A stretch of DNA of 64,000 nucleotides from Epiperipatus broadwayi. Lineage: Eukaryota; Animalia; Onychophora. The DNA is taken from the NCBI GenBank assembly GCA_028023455.1, contig JAQFVV010000005.1, forward strand, positions 6,572,001 to 6,636,000, written 5' to 3'. The translations under genes were made by a program, and so were the position numbers. Under the pieces are notes generated by a model, which saw nothing but the letters and a program-made list of their open reading frames with translations, had not been told where the DNA came from and ran no database searches. This document shows positions 26,640 to 39,599 of this stretch, in pieces; position 1 is the stretch's first letter, and each line of letters starts with the position of its first letter.

Positions 26640-28240
26640 TTTCCTCAAATTTCTTAACTATTTTTATATTGTTTAGCAGTTCTGCTATATCTTTGATAGT
26701 AACTATTGGCTGTGAGGATTTTTTGGACCCAAGGAGGTAAGCTGTGCCTAATGGTCCTTATAATTTGACCTTCTGATAGTGGGTATGATATAAGGGTCCT
26801 GTGTTTAGATATTTGGCAGTGGAAAAATGGTTAAATTTTCTACCAAATTGATCCTAAAACTTTCCTGGGAAACTTGATGGCAAATGCTATCTTGCCTTCA
26901 AAAATTATTTAATAAGAATTAGTGGTAATCTCATGAACAATAACCACCAATTCTTGACAAACCCTTATAAATGATTGCTTACAATAGTAACCATCTCCCT
27001 TTCACGTTATCCATAAAATAAAAACAATTCTTGCAATGTCATCAAATGTTCTATGATTCTCTGCAATGTCACTCTTAAAGGTTTCAAACTTAAATTCAGA
27101 TATAGTATTATAGCTTTCTGAGAACTGTTCTCTTTTACATTGTCCCTGGTGATTCACATTAGTAACCCCATACTCATCATTTAATATTCTTCTTTCATTC
27201 AAGGGAGCAATTATATTGGGAGATAGGATGTCACATTTAAATGGAGATACTACAATGTTATCTGGATCCCCATACTCTCATCATAATTTTATTAAGCTAT
27301 CTTCAGGTTTACTTATTTCGTTTTGAAATTGGTTTTTCATCTCCATAATAAAGTTCTTAATCTTCACCTGACAATCTTCTTCCTAATTCTTTTTTTATCA
27401 CTTCCATTCCCTTTTCTTTACTGTCTTAAATCATCTAGTTTTCCTTCTTTTATTCTCAATTATTTTATTGAACTTGACCGAAGTAATCAAAGATGGAGAA
27501 TAGACTCTCAAATCATTTATCTCAGATTGTACTCTAAATTAATGCCATACTTTCGATGCTCCGAATTTCTAAACCTTTGATTTCCTGCTCCTGTTTATCT
27601 GGTAACTTTTCTATTTTTATTATTAGTCTGTTTACATTTGTTTAGTTTGGCTTTTAAAATTTTATTCTTATTTTGGCATTCTAACCTGTACTTTTCAATT
27701 TTAGTTTCCATATTCCAGGTCCAACTTTGCCCCTCTTTATACTATCTTCTTATTGATTTTTATTTGCATTTGACCTCAAGTTTCTTCCAACTTACTCTCT
27801 AGTTTATTAAACTTAACTTTCAAGCTATGTATTTGCTCTTTGTCCCATTTTTGTTTCAAGAGCTCTGTATACATATGCTTGATCTCTTGTTTCAACCTAT
27901 TCTTTAACTCATTATTGACCCTCTTCTATCTTTATCATTAACATTTCCTAGTCTTGCTTCAAGTCTAGCTTAAGTTCTTCTTGGCTTTGCTTCATTTCTA
28001 TTAGATTCTTGTCACATTTTTCTTGGTTTTGTTTCAATTCATATTTAAGAGCTTCCTGTTTCAATTCTTTCATTGAGTTTATTCGTTAAATCTCTTGATA
28101 ATTTTTCCTGCCTTTGTTTAATTTCTACCAATAAACTCTGTAACATTTCCATTATAAATTCATTTTGATTATTTTTGATATGACAGAGATTTCATTAACT
28201 TCTCTTCCCTGTCCTAACATATCTAACTCTTTCTCATTTT
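26640..28240 (-). mobile_element. Decayed Ty3/gypsy gag (coiled-coil N-terminus plus capsid)
   Basis: Stitched frames read VTIVSNHL*GFVKNWW and PLSEGQIIRTIRHSLPPWVQKILTA..TIKDIAELLNNI, resembling a gypsy/Arc-like capsid. An upstream K/E-rich purine-biased region is present. Many lesions. Confidence 0.5.
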
Positions 28241-29225
28241 CCATAATTTACTTCAGATTTGTATTCATAACTTTATTTTAGAAAGGAAAGAACATGATCC
28301 CCCTCCCCAATTCAATGTCTTAAACCAAACAAAAAAAATAACTTGTTTTCTCTATTATGCTTTACATGCTGAACCCTACAAATTAATTAAATCTATACTC
28401 ACACACATTTTAACTCATATAATATATTCTTTTAATATAAAATACCGCAATAACGTAAATTTTCAATAGTGATTGATTTACCTATCCACAATATTATTAT
28501 CCCAAACTAATGTGTATAAATTTTATTTATTTTTTTAAAATTCAACTTATATTGTGTATAATATAGCATAAATTTCATGACTGTGCTCAAAAGACTGTAT
28601 CGTGCACTTTCCAACAAATCTGAACAGGAAGCATCTATGTTTTCCATTTATTTTCCAAAATAACTAGGCTACAATACTTTCAATAAAATAAGCTAGCTTC
28701 AAATACTTTTCATTATTTAATTTACAATTACTTCATCAGAACTTAATAATATTTATTAGTAGTAAGCCCACATTCCATTGGCATTTTATTAACATGTAGC
28801 ACATATCTAGTGCTTTTAGTCACAAATATGAATTCTTATTTTTATTATATGGCAAGTCCAGGCATCTTCATCTGGTACTTTGTCTTCACACACCCCTTTT
28901 TGGCATATTTATAAAACATTTTATTTATAAAGCATTTTATAACTTTGCTATTTCTCTTATGTATTCTTACACCTCTATTTTTTTAGAAAATATTTGGCAA
29001 CCCACTCTAAATTCAAACCCTTAACAAAGCACAAGTATAAATTTAAAAATTATCTATCGAGTCATTACTCTGTTTAATCTAACACTAGTATACACAAAAA
29101 TAGCTGATATTAATTATGATCATTAATCAAATATTTTAATTCTATCTACCTATTATTATACAACTTTAAATCTCTCATGGGTCATGAATAAATACTTGAG
29201 CTCTTGTTAAGCAGCCAAAATATAA

Positions 29226-29292
29226 AAAAATATTCTAAACCATAAGAACAATGTCAATGAAGTATATTGTTCTTATGGTTTAGAATATTTTT
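29226..29292. repeat. Perfect 27-bp inverted repeat with a 13-nt loop
   Basis: aaaaatattctaaaccataagaacaat (29226-29252) / attgttcttatggtttagaatattttt (29266-29292). Confidence 0.9.
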
Positions 29293-30944
29293 CCTTTACA
29301 ATATATATATATATTAATGAAAACAAGTCATATATCAAATGACTTATATAGCTTGCATCATCATCATTATTATTATTACTATTAAAACTCTATGGTAGCT
29401 TAAATAATAAAGTTGGGGTGATATAAGTAAATTTTCTTATACCTATTTTCTCATCTTCAAAATTAAATATTTCTGGATTTTAAGGTTGTCTTAGGAATCC
29501 ATTTTGAAAAATAATTTGATACTATAATCTTGGTGTTTATTACTGCCTATTATTCAGTTAATGAATAGTAATCTAATTACAAGTAAAAAAAAATGAATTG
29601 GATTAAAAAATTATTATGGTTTTGTAATATGAAAGTTACTTAAATTTGATATTACTGTACAACCATATAGGACCTAAAAATACAAAAAAAAAACAAACAA
29701 AGCTTTTACAATTAAATTCTAAATTACTATTATTGAAGCAAACAACAGATAAAAAAAAAATGGATGGTAAAAATAAGGAACATGAATGAGTCACAATAGA
29801 TTTCTCAACAAGGATGATTATTAGTTAGGAAAGTAAAGAATGTAACTGCATCATGCTTGTGAATATATTAAACAATAGCTCTACATATTTAAACAGTGCT
29901 ATGAGATTTCTAAGCAAACAGTGTGAAGAAATATGATCATCTGATTATCTAGTTGTTGAATTAGTTAAATGAATTTTCTCAGCTTATAATGCAAATGAAA
30001 CAGCACTAACAGAAGGTGAAGTCAACATTTAAGCAATCTAAAGATTGAGTAACTCCAATATTGCAGGTATAAAGAGATGTAAATTAGTGATGATGAAGGA
30101 TTAAAGTTTATTCTATAATCTACTACACAAACAAAAATGGCTGATTATTACTGACAAAATACTGTATTGTCTCAAAACATTTTTTATTCAACAAGCCAGA
30201 GTTCATTGCTCATCTATAAAACTACTGAAAAATTGCAAAATTCTTATTTGGATATCCTTCCAACTCTATCTAAAGCTGAACTTATGTATAAAAGTTTTTA
30301 TTGTCTATTTAACATCAAATTCCATATCTCTTACATGAAGAAATATTGCATTTTAAAAGGCTAATTATCACTTCAGAAATTTTTATTTGATATAGTAAAC
30401 AAATTTTTTAAATTAAATTTTAAATCACAACAAAATTCCTAAAATTAAAATCTTTACAAAGGGCAAGCTTCTAATTACAAATAGTTTTACTGTTGGGATG
30501 ATTCAATAATATTCTAGAAGTAACATGTGTTTAGCTTCCCTACATTCTTTCTCAAAAATCAATCTCTCCAAGAGTTACTAAGATTCTCAAAATGTAAAAG
30601 ATCATTTGAATCTTCTTGAATAGATTTAGATTTGCAATACAGTATAGCATCTTGAAATATGGCTGATATAATGGTGGCATAAAAATAAAAGACTTCTTAG
30701 TATACGGGTTAGCCAAAAGAAATGATTTGTAAATATCCCTGATCATGATAATTATCTCATATTAGTCCTAGTAGAATTATAATCAGTGGTTATAATAAAC
30801 AATTGAAGACTAATACTTTTTTTTAGTTTTTAAATATTTATTATCACTTTTATAGAGGGAATAAGCTAAGAATTAAAGATGGGAATAAAATATCAAAGTG
30901 TAAATACAAATTGTGTGATCTATGAACAAAATCGCAACAAACAT

Positions 30945-31370
30945 TACTCAAATTAGAATAATAGCAACTTTCTCCATACAATAGTGCAAGCCATAGTAAA
31001 CAATGGATGCTAGGTTTGTACAATCCCTATCTAGTATCTACTTATTCAATATCCCCAGATTAGTTTCTAGCTTATGGCTTTCATCAGTGAGGAGCTTTGT
31101 ATGTGAGAACAATGTATCGAGATCTTTGAAAGAATTCATCAGATCCAAAAACCTATGTACATTGCTTTAGATACAAGGCTCCTCACTAATGAAAACCATA
31201 AACTAAAGCCAGTCTAGAATATTGGATGAGCTACATAGCAAACCTTCTACCATCCATTATTTATTATGACTTGTAATAAATGACACTACTGTATGGAGAA
31301 AATTGCTACTATTTTAACAGACTGTAAGCATAAGAAATGTTTATCATGTGATGTTTTAGTGGTTTAATTG
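30945..31370. mobile_element. Head-to-head inverted pair of hammerhead repeat family A
   Basis: Left arm agcaactttctccatacaatagtg..ttagtttctagcttatggctttcatcagtgaggagctttgtat is inverted to the right arm atacaaggctcctcactaatgaaaaccataaact..cactactgtatggagaaaattgct. The spacer is about 55 nt. Confidence 0.85.
31052..31094 (-). ncRNA. Minimal type I hammerhead motif (family A)
   Basis: Minus strand: ctcctca-CTGATGA-a agc cataa gct a-GAA-ACTAAT-C-tgggga. The core is intact, stem I has 6 bp, and stem III has one substitution relative to the ACTAGT palindrome of other copies. Confidence 0.65.
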
Positions 31371-32489
31371 TTCAGATTACTTAAAAATAATAAATTAAAC
31401 TATTACCTTTACGGTTTGACAATAGCAAATCATATCCCTAGTTCAGAGTCATCTATATATATATATATAAATATTATAGACAACTATATTTGAATTAATA
31501 ATAAATTTATTTTGCATTGAATCGATTTTCGTTCAAAATGAATCTTCTCAAGATGTTAGAATAAATCAAAAAGTCACGCGATTTATATTAACTTAGTATA
31601 CACTTATTGTTCAAACCAAACCTTAAAAATTATTAAAATTTTCAATGTTTAATTGACGACTTACAATTCAACTTCATGGATTCTTGGAGCACAATTCAGA
31701 AACTAGCATCCTTTGACCTTAATGAGAAAGGCTTCATAAAAATTATGACAATTTAAAGAATACAGTTTATAAAATTCACTATCAACAATCAGAAGACACC
31801 GATCACATAAATGATGTTAATTCCATCATATGAAATATATATATATATTAGAAGCATATTGGAAAAAATTGCATTATTTTCTATATAGCAACTATCTATA
31901 GAGTTTTTAATTTTTTTAAACTATCAAATTAAGACTTTAATGATATAAGCAAATTCACTAAATTATAAAACTCCAGATCTGAGATGTTAGAATAAATTGG
32001 AAAAAAGATGGCAAACCACCATTGAAGATGTACTTTATTATTAGTTACTTCAACCTGTCTTGGGCAGAAAATTTTGCATATATAAAATATTTTGAAAAAA
32101 AAAAAGGCTTGCTAAGGTCATGAGTCAGAAATTAGTTTGGGGACTTTTTTTGCCATTATCACATGATATCCTTTGATTACTTATACTGCATAGATAACAA
32201 GTCCAGTTAATTATATTACTGCTCCCAAATACTATTTAAATCTCTCTGACATATATGCTGCATAGTTATTTATATACTATAAATTTATATATATAAAAAT
32301 ATACTAAATATGAGTATGGTATATATGCTATAACAAATTTTATATTAAATAAAAGGGTGACAATAAATATTTTCTGTAAAAGTAAAAATGTTTACAGTTT
32401 GATTTCAACTGTCTTATGACCTAAATATACAATACTAGACAATGCATGAACTAATGCATAATTGAACTTTATCTGCAATTAGATTTATA

Positions 32490-32620
32490 TGTACTGTGAT
32501 AGATAACTAGGGACAATGATGGGTGGAAGTTACTACATTTTGGGAAATCCACAATTACAAATAATGATTAGGTAGGATTCACTGATGACCCTATCAGAAT
32601 GAATCATGTTAAATCTCAAA
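32490..32620 (+). mobile_element. PLE 3'-end remnant with a degenerate hammerhead
   Basis: ITRDNDGWKLL resembles the PLE endonuclease-terminal NRDxG motif. About 50 nt later lies gattca-CTGATGA-...-GAATCATGTT-aaatc, a near-hammerhead with GAAA broken. Confidence 0.45.
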
Positions 32621-33499
32621 TTATTTGGATTATATAATATCTGACAATGATGAATAGAATGTATATCATTAACTTCAATGGGTAACATCAAAAAATAATG
32701 TTTAAATGTAAGATTAACAGCCATGAATATGGATTCTTTCGAATGATGATTCTATTTGATTCATGCTCAAGTCTGTCACGTAGATTTAACCCATATCAAT
32801 AACCAATACATGAAGAACTCCCCAAAATCTATGGCAAGATAAATTCTTAATAATGATTACATATTTCTTCTGGTGATACATTAACTTATAAATGTGGTTT
32901 ATAAAAAACAAGTGTGAATAAAAACTAAAACAACTAACAAATAAAATAAAAATTTTATTTACAAGAGGTAAATAACAATAACAAAATAAAAATTATACAA
33001 TAAACAAATTTAAAGTCCAAAAATAACAATACCATTAATTTTTGTGTTCTGTCTCTCGAAATTTCAATAAGACCCAAAAGACTAATGAGAGTAATTACTA
33101 ATAATATGAGCATCTAATATTTAACTGCATTTTTCATTCTTAGTATTGATGGATAGATTTGTAAATAAATTCAGCAAATAAAAAATAAAAAATATAATAG
33201 GTTAAAAATAACTTAAATGTATACTATTTCCATACGTTTACAAAATCAAGACAAAGGTTCATGACAAATTATCCATTCAGAAATTTGTTATGCGATATAT
33301 TTATTCATACACACACACTTGAAGTGGAATTATAATTAATAACTGATATTCTAGTGGAATAAAAATATGATATACAGTATACATTATGATATATATGTAT
33401 TAGGACATTCCATTATGAAATGTGATATATATTAGTCATAAAAAAAATATCTTCAAAATTATAATAGTAATAACAACAAATAGACTTATATTAATAAAT

Positions 33500-34560
33500 T
33501 TATTTTGTCCTATTTAGCAAATATTGTATATTTAGGATATTTCCTCTGGGTAACATCTTTAACACCATACATGTAGGATATGTTCCTGTCATAATAGATA
33601 AAAACTTTTAATAATTCTATCAAAATATATCCGAAGAATCACTTTATGATTTCTTGCCTTTTTAACAATATTGAATAATAAATACATACCATTATTTTAG
33701 TATTTAGATGTTCTTTTAAAGAACATGGGAGAATAAAATGTGGATATTACAAAACTGTATTTGATTTTTTATATTATTAAATTTCATCACAAATTGATTA
33801 AGTTATACTAGTGTTAAAGAAACACCAAATAAAAAATTAAATGCATAACCCAATCTTTCACAATAAAACTTTTCAATATAAACAATATTAAAAAAAAATT
33901 ATATATATAAGCATTGTTTGTTACTTACATTTATTTTAGTTCAATTATTTTAAAAGACTAATTCTATTTGCAATCAATAAATGTCTACCTGCATTTCACC
34001 CTTTTCTCTTTTATAATGGATATATAAATTTTCAACTCTTTGTTATCTTTCATTCTTAAAAATATTTTATTTTGACATATAACTTCATCATCACACATTT
34101 TGAACTATTATACAAAAAAAAAAAAGATTTATAATATTAATAATAAAATATACATCATTTTTATACACAAAGAAATATGATAATTAAATATTACAATTTG
34201 CTCAAACCAAAAGCATATTATTTTTCTTTCATAAAAATTGTAATAACATATTAATAAAAATCCATTATAATAAGTATTTTATTTATTTATGAATTACATT
34301 TATTTTTTTCCAATAAAAAGCTATAATTTCATAATGAATTATTTATCTACTACCTTTCAATTAATCCTATATTCATAAATCACATAATCTTCCCATGTTA
34401 ATTCTATTTATGAATAGTTTCTCCTATATATACTAATTTTTTCTTGATAAACCAGCCTTTTAATAATTCTTAAGGGTAAAAACATTATAACTATTGGGTC
34501 AAAATTCATTTATAACAAATTTAATTTACATTTATTTTTGAGTGAGTTAAAAATTTCATT
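33500..34560 (-). mobile_element. Highly decayed L1-like RT remnant
   Basis: Only scattered motif echoes in plausible order: aggctggttt (~QAGF), a FGF-like segment, and gaaaagggtgaaatgcaggtagac (~KGVRQGD). No long ORF. Confidence 0.3.
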
Positions 34561-35246
34561 GGAGAGTTTAACTTAAATTTATATTAAAGCTTAGATTTGA
34601 TCTTTTGTGCTCATCATCGAATATTCCATGATTATTGTACATATTTTTATATTGGTAAGACAGCATTGAGTATTTTTTTAAAAAACACTTTGGGAATGAT
34701 AGTCATGATAATCTGATCATGAGAGTTTTTAGTTGCTTATAAACAAAAAAATTACTAAGATACAATTTTTTTATAATAGCAACAAAATAACACTTCTCTT
34801 TATTAACTTTTAGAAACCTGATTGTGTTAACTAGTACTTATATAATACATGTTTCTCTTTGTGATTCTTAACCTTTCATTACTTTATCTAAATCAAAAGA
34901 TAATTGTCTTCTACGTTACTTTCACATTATTTTATCTAATCAAAAGATAAATTGAAATGACTGTGTTCTTTAACACATCAAAAAAAGTTATATTTCTAAT
35001 TTATTTTAAGCATGTAATGAATCAAATTGATTTCTAATCTAGCACTACAAAATAGAAATCAATCTCACCTTAGTGTCCTTTTTTAATATTCTAATTAAAC
35101 CAAAAATGATTTTAAATTGGGTCTTTTTCTTTAAAATTTAATAAGATAAAATAATTAAAGGCAAACACACCTGCACATCCCCAATGAGTCAATTGCCATT
35201 GTGAATTATTTTGTGTTCAAGAAAAACTATTAACAAATAAAATTTT

Positions 35247-35402
35247 ATCATCATCATCAACCATTATCAATCCACTGCAGGATGGTCTCTCCAAGTTCAA
35301 TTCATCCTCTCCGATCTTTATCTTCTCTTCTCCATATCACCCCTGCATACTTTCTTATTTTATCCATCCATCTCATATGTGGTCTCTTTCTGGGTCTTTT
35401 AC
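35247..35402 (-). mobile_element. RTE-clade LINE 3' end with a (TGA)n tail
   Basis: KRPRKRPHMRWMDKIRKYAGVIWRREDKDRRG*IELGETILQWIDNG* followed by tgatgatgatgat. This is the typical RTE C-terminus and tail. Confidence 0.8.
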
Positions 35403-37099
35403 AATCTCTTGGAATTCACTTTATAATAAACTTCAATAATAAACTTTATAATACTTAGTAAATGAAAATTGTTAGTAATGTTATAATCATTATTTCTGAT
35501 ATTTATAATAATTTGAACAGAATTTGATTGTTTACTAGAGTAATAATTATTTCGTATTGTTATATTTTTTAAGATGCCGTTCAAGCAAGCTTGACTAACC
35601 ATTTTTGAAATCTTGGCATATACTATATATTGAAAAATTTATTTTTAATTTAAAATACTTGTATTCCATTTGTTTTACAAAAAAGTTTACAAAAAGAGTG
35701 AAATAGTTATATAAATTAACAGAGAAAATATGATAATTTCTACAATTTCTTAAACAACACATAATTTATGACTATTATTCTTTATATTCTGTCTCATGAA
35801 TTCATTTCATAATACATCATAACCATAATTTAATAGTTAATCTTATACACTCATTTTCTTATAGTCTTCATTCATCTCTATGCCCTTTAGTAAAATATAA
35901 TTTAATAAAATCGATAGGTATTTCATAAAATAAATTAAAAAAAACGAAGATTTTTAAAAAATATATCTTGAGTAAAATAGATATATTTTTACCAAAGTCA
36001 AGCTCACTTTGCTAATTTACATTTAATTTATAAATGTCAAAAGAAATTTGCCTTGCATCATTCTGCTTAGGAATCATTCATATAAGCAAGTTAATCTTTA
36101 ATCAGCATCTGACTACTGATTTTCCTTGGATGACTGTTAAATAACTACAGTGCAATACTATTTAATATGTCTAACTTATTAGTAATGAAGTAGATTGCTG
36201 TTCAAAAAATAACTTTTATTACTGCAGTTAAATGCATTATCTAAAAGTGGTGTATACATAAATGCATCTGACTATATCTTTAATAGATTACTTAAATATA
36301 TATTTAGATTCAACTAGCTTTCTATTGCAAAAATTGTATTTAAAAATAAAAATAACAATTTTAAGTTTATGTTTTGTATAAACTTAAGCCTTTATTATTA
36401 TTAGGCATTAGTTGTCACTATAGATACAAAATTATAAACAGTAGTCAATCCTTGTTCAAGTGTATTCAAAATGCAACAACTCCTTCATCGTAGAATGCCG
36501 CAAGAAATTATTTTCTTTCTATTAATTTTATCAACTTGCCTAGATAATCATGTGTTCAGAGATGCTGAATTATTACAGCATAGATACTGAAGATATTAAG
36601 CTTCTACAGGCAAATCATACTATTACTCCTTATGTGACTTTACAATAGACCACATTTCTGATTACAACAATTTTATCATATCTTAGTACATTAAGCAAAT
36701 ATTTAGTTCGGATTAGTGTTTATGAGTTCAGAAAGCAACTGATAATAATCTAAAGAATTTAAATAAAAAATCTTTGTAAAGCAGTGAATTGATGGGATTT
36801 TTAAAATAAAATTCATTATTGAAAAAGCATTTAATGATAATTAGTTAAAATTATGCCTATAAATTATGAAGCATAATAGATATATATTGAATATATGCTA
36901 CATCCAATAATTGTATTGCTGGGAGCATTCACTTAACATTGTTACTTGATAAAAATGCAACTACATATTTATATTATAAATTTGTCAGAGAAAGGTATCT
37001 ATTATACTACAATAGAAAATAAGGTTCTTTCTTATTTTCTGTCCTGCCACTGCTAGAGACATCATTTCCGCAAAAATTGCAGAAATATTTAGAGTAGGG

Positions 37100-37300
37100 G
37101 GCCAAAAGCAGACGACGCAACTTCTGGCCACTAGATGGCGCTGTTCACCATGCGTATGCACAGCAATAGCATGCCATGTGGCCAAAAGCAGATGACGCAA
37201 AGTTCCAGCCGCTAGATGGCGCTGTTCACCACGCGTACGCACAGGGACATTATGCCAAGTAGCAGCCAGCACTACTGCCCACTAGGTGGCGCTGTTAGCC
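37100..37300 (+). promoter_or_regulatory. GC-rich ~70-80 bp tandem repeat containing three CTCF-consensus motifs in the same orientation
   Basis: CCACTAGATGGCGC (37128-37141), CCGCTAGATGGCGC (37209-37222) and CCACTAGGTGGCGC (37279-37292), each followed by TGTT. The unit start ggccaaaagcaga.gacgcaa occurs at 37100 and 37180. Confidence 0.7.
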
Positions 37301-38141
37301 ATAGGTAAACCGGCCAAATACCCAAAATAATTACTATTATATAATTTAAAAAAAATTATATATTAAAAAATCATTTAATTATACGAGTAGATTTATTTCA
37401 AAATTCATTCACCCAAACTAATCCTACGATTATTCTTTTTTTATCTTCATCTTCCTTTCTAACATACTTTTGAATTTCTTACCCTTAAAGTAAATTGTTC
37501 AAATGAATAATCCTTTCTACTCATAATTTTACTCAATGCTTTACTTTTTAGCCAATCTTATTCTTCCAAGTTCATCCTCCTTTAAATCCACATCTCCAAA
37601 ACCTCCATATTTTAGGTAATTCTCCATCACTGCACAATATAGAGGCCAAGAAAAAAAACAGGACTTAAGCTTATATTTTAAATCTAATTTTGATCAACTA
37701 CAAAGCAATCCTTTACTCTTAAATCTATTTAAGTGCTACAATTCCTTTCTCTTAATGATTATCCAAATTGACAAAGATTTAAAATCACTGACCTGCTTTA
37801 TAACTTATTAAATGCTGTTTTTCAAAGTCCTGTTATGGGTTTGCTAAATGGCCAATTTAATCACTTATGTGTGTTAATTACATCACGATACAAATGGTGT
37901 ATTAAAAGTTTTCAATAAACATAGAAAGTTGGCTCAGGATATTCAATCAGTTAATCAATATCAAAGCATTCTCTATCAGATTAAGATCATATTACTAATA
38001 CTCCAATAGCACCAATAAGTTGGCAGATTTACACTCTTTTATTTTATGGTAGAGAATGCAGAAAGTTCTGCATTAATTATTAAAACTCAATAAAGATTAA
38101 CCAGCTGTAATAAATGGTCAAATTAAATTTTGAATTTTTTG

Positions 38142-39599
38142 TCACTCAAATTTTATGAAAAAATAAAGAATATCATAACTAGTAAAATGGCTGGATTCAT
38201 GACTTTTCAAAGTACTGTTATCTGCATCTCTGTAATCGCATAAATAACATGTAACTGTATTGTTACGAATTGTACTGTCACAATATTGAAGTGTAAATTT
38301 TATTTCCTGTTTATTTTCATCAAAGTTTAGAGAAGAATATTTTATATCAAAATATGTATTACGCTCTATCAAATCACTTTGAGACTCTGTTTTGTAATCA
38401 CATAAAGTATACAGGAAAGAATTTTCTTTACAATGTGTCTGTTCATGCTTTTCTAAATTAAATTTTTCAGCATCAGTATAATTACAGAATTTGCAGTGGA
38501 AAGTATTTACTTTCACATGATTTTTTTCATGTTCTTTTAAGCATTGAATGTTAATAGTCTTATAAGTGCACAAGGAACACTTGTAGCGTTTTACTTCTGT
38601 ATGAATTCTTTCATGCTTTTTTAAGCTACTTTTCACAGCAGTTTTATAATCACACCAGTTGCAATAAAAGAATTTTTCTCCAGTGTGAGTACTTTCATGA
38701 GCTTTTAATTTATCTTTAATAGCAGTCCAGTAATTACAGAAACTACAATGGAAAGGTTTTTCTTCTTCTGTATGCTTTATCAAGCTATTCTGAGAACTTA
38801 TTCTGTAATCACATAAACTAATCTGGAAAGGTTTTTTACCAGTATGTGTTCCTTCATGTTTTTTTAAACCCCTTTTCACAGCAGTTTTATAATCGCACCA
38901 GTTACAGTAAAAAAGTTTCTGTCCTATATGTGAACTTGCACGAGCTTTTAATTTATTCTTGCTAGTAATCCAGTAATTATAGAAACTACAAGGGAAAGTT
39001 TCTTCTTCATGTTTCATCATATCACTTTCAGAATCTGTTTTTATATTGCATAAATTGAAAGATCTTTCTTCAATATGTGTTTGTTCGTGCGTTTCTAAAT
39101 TATGTTTTTGAGTATCGGTGTAATTACAAAAACTGCAGGAGAAGCTATTTATTTCTAAATGATTTTTTTTATGCACTTTTAAACATTGTATGTTAATAGT
39201 CTTATAATCACATAAGGAACAACAATAATGCCTTACATCTGTATGTATTCTTTCATGTTTTTTTAAACTATTTTTCACAGAAGTTTTGTAATCACACCAG
39301 TTGCAATAAAATAATATTTTTGCTCTGTGGGTATTTTCATGAACTTTTAATCTTTGTTTAGTATAAGTCCTATAATTACAATAACTACATCGAAAGGATT
39401 TTTCATCTTCTGTATGTTTTCTTTCATGGACTTCAAGGTTGTGCTTTACATCTGTCTTAAACTCACATACATAACACTGATAAGGTTTTTCTACTGTATG
39501 GCTTATTTTACCCAATTTTAATTGATGGGATTGATTAGCATTCACATCTAATAATTGGCATATTGTCAATTTTTCTTCTGCATAAATAGTTTTATCCAT
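38142..39599 (-). CDS. Multi-C2H2 zinc-finger protein (~485 aa from the first in-frame ATG; 11 canonical and 4 degenerate fingers)
   Basis: Uninterrupted ORF with CxxC-x12-HxxxH repeats (e.g. CNWCDYKTSVKNSLKKHERIH) and TGEK/EKPF-type linkers. The ORF track starts at GTG 39614; the first ATG is at 39599. No N-terminal effector domain is visible in this exon. Confidence 0.92.
   Translation of the reverse strand: MDKTIYAEEKLTICQLLDVNANQSHQLKLGKISHTVEKPYQCYVCEFKTDVKHNLEVHERKHTEDEKSFRCSYCNYRTYTKQRLKVHENTHRAKILFYCNWCDYKTSVKNSLKKHERIHTDVRHYCCSLCDYKTINIQCLKVHKKNHLEINSFSCSFCNYTDTQKHNLETHEQTHIEERSFNLCNIKTDSESDMMKHEEETFPCSFYNYWITSKNKLKARASSHIGQKLFYCNWCDYKTAVKRGLKKHEGTHTGKKPFQISLCDYRISSQNSLIKHTEEEKPFHCSFCNYWTAIKDKLKAHESTHTGEKFFYCNWCDYKTAVKSSLKKHERIHTEVKRYKCSLCTYKTINIQCLKEHEKNHVKVNTFHCKFCNYTDAEKFNLEKHEQTHCKENSFLYTLCDYKTESQSDLIERNTYFDIKYSSLNFDENKQEIKFTLQYCDSTIRNNTVTCYLCDYRDADNSTLKSHESSHFTSYDILYFFIKFE

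Noticed and set aside
17894-28240. gag (26.6-28.2 kb) and integrase (18.2-18.5 kb) as one disrupted gypsy element
   Set aside because: No protease, RT or RNase H remnant was found between them, and no matching 5' LTR or PBS.
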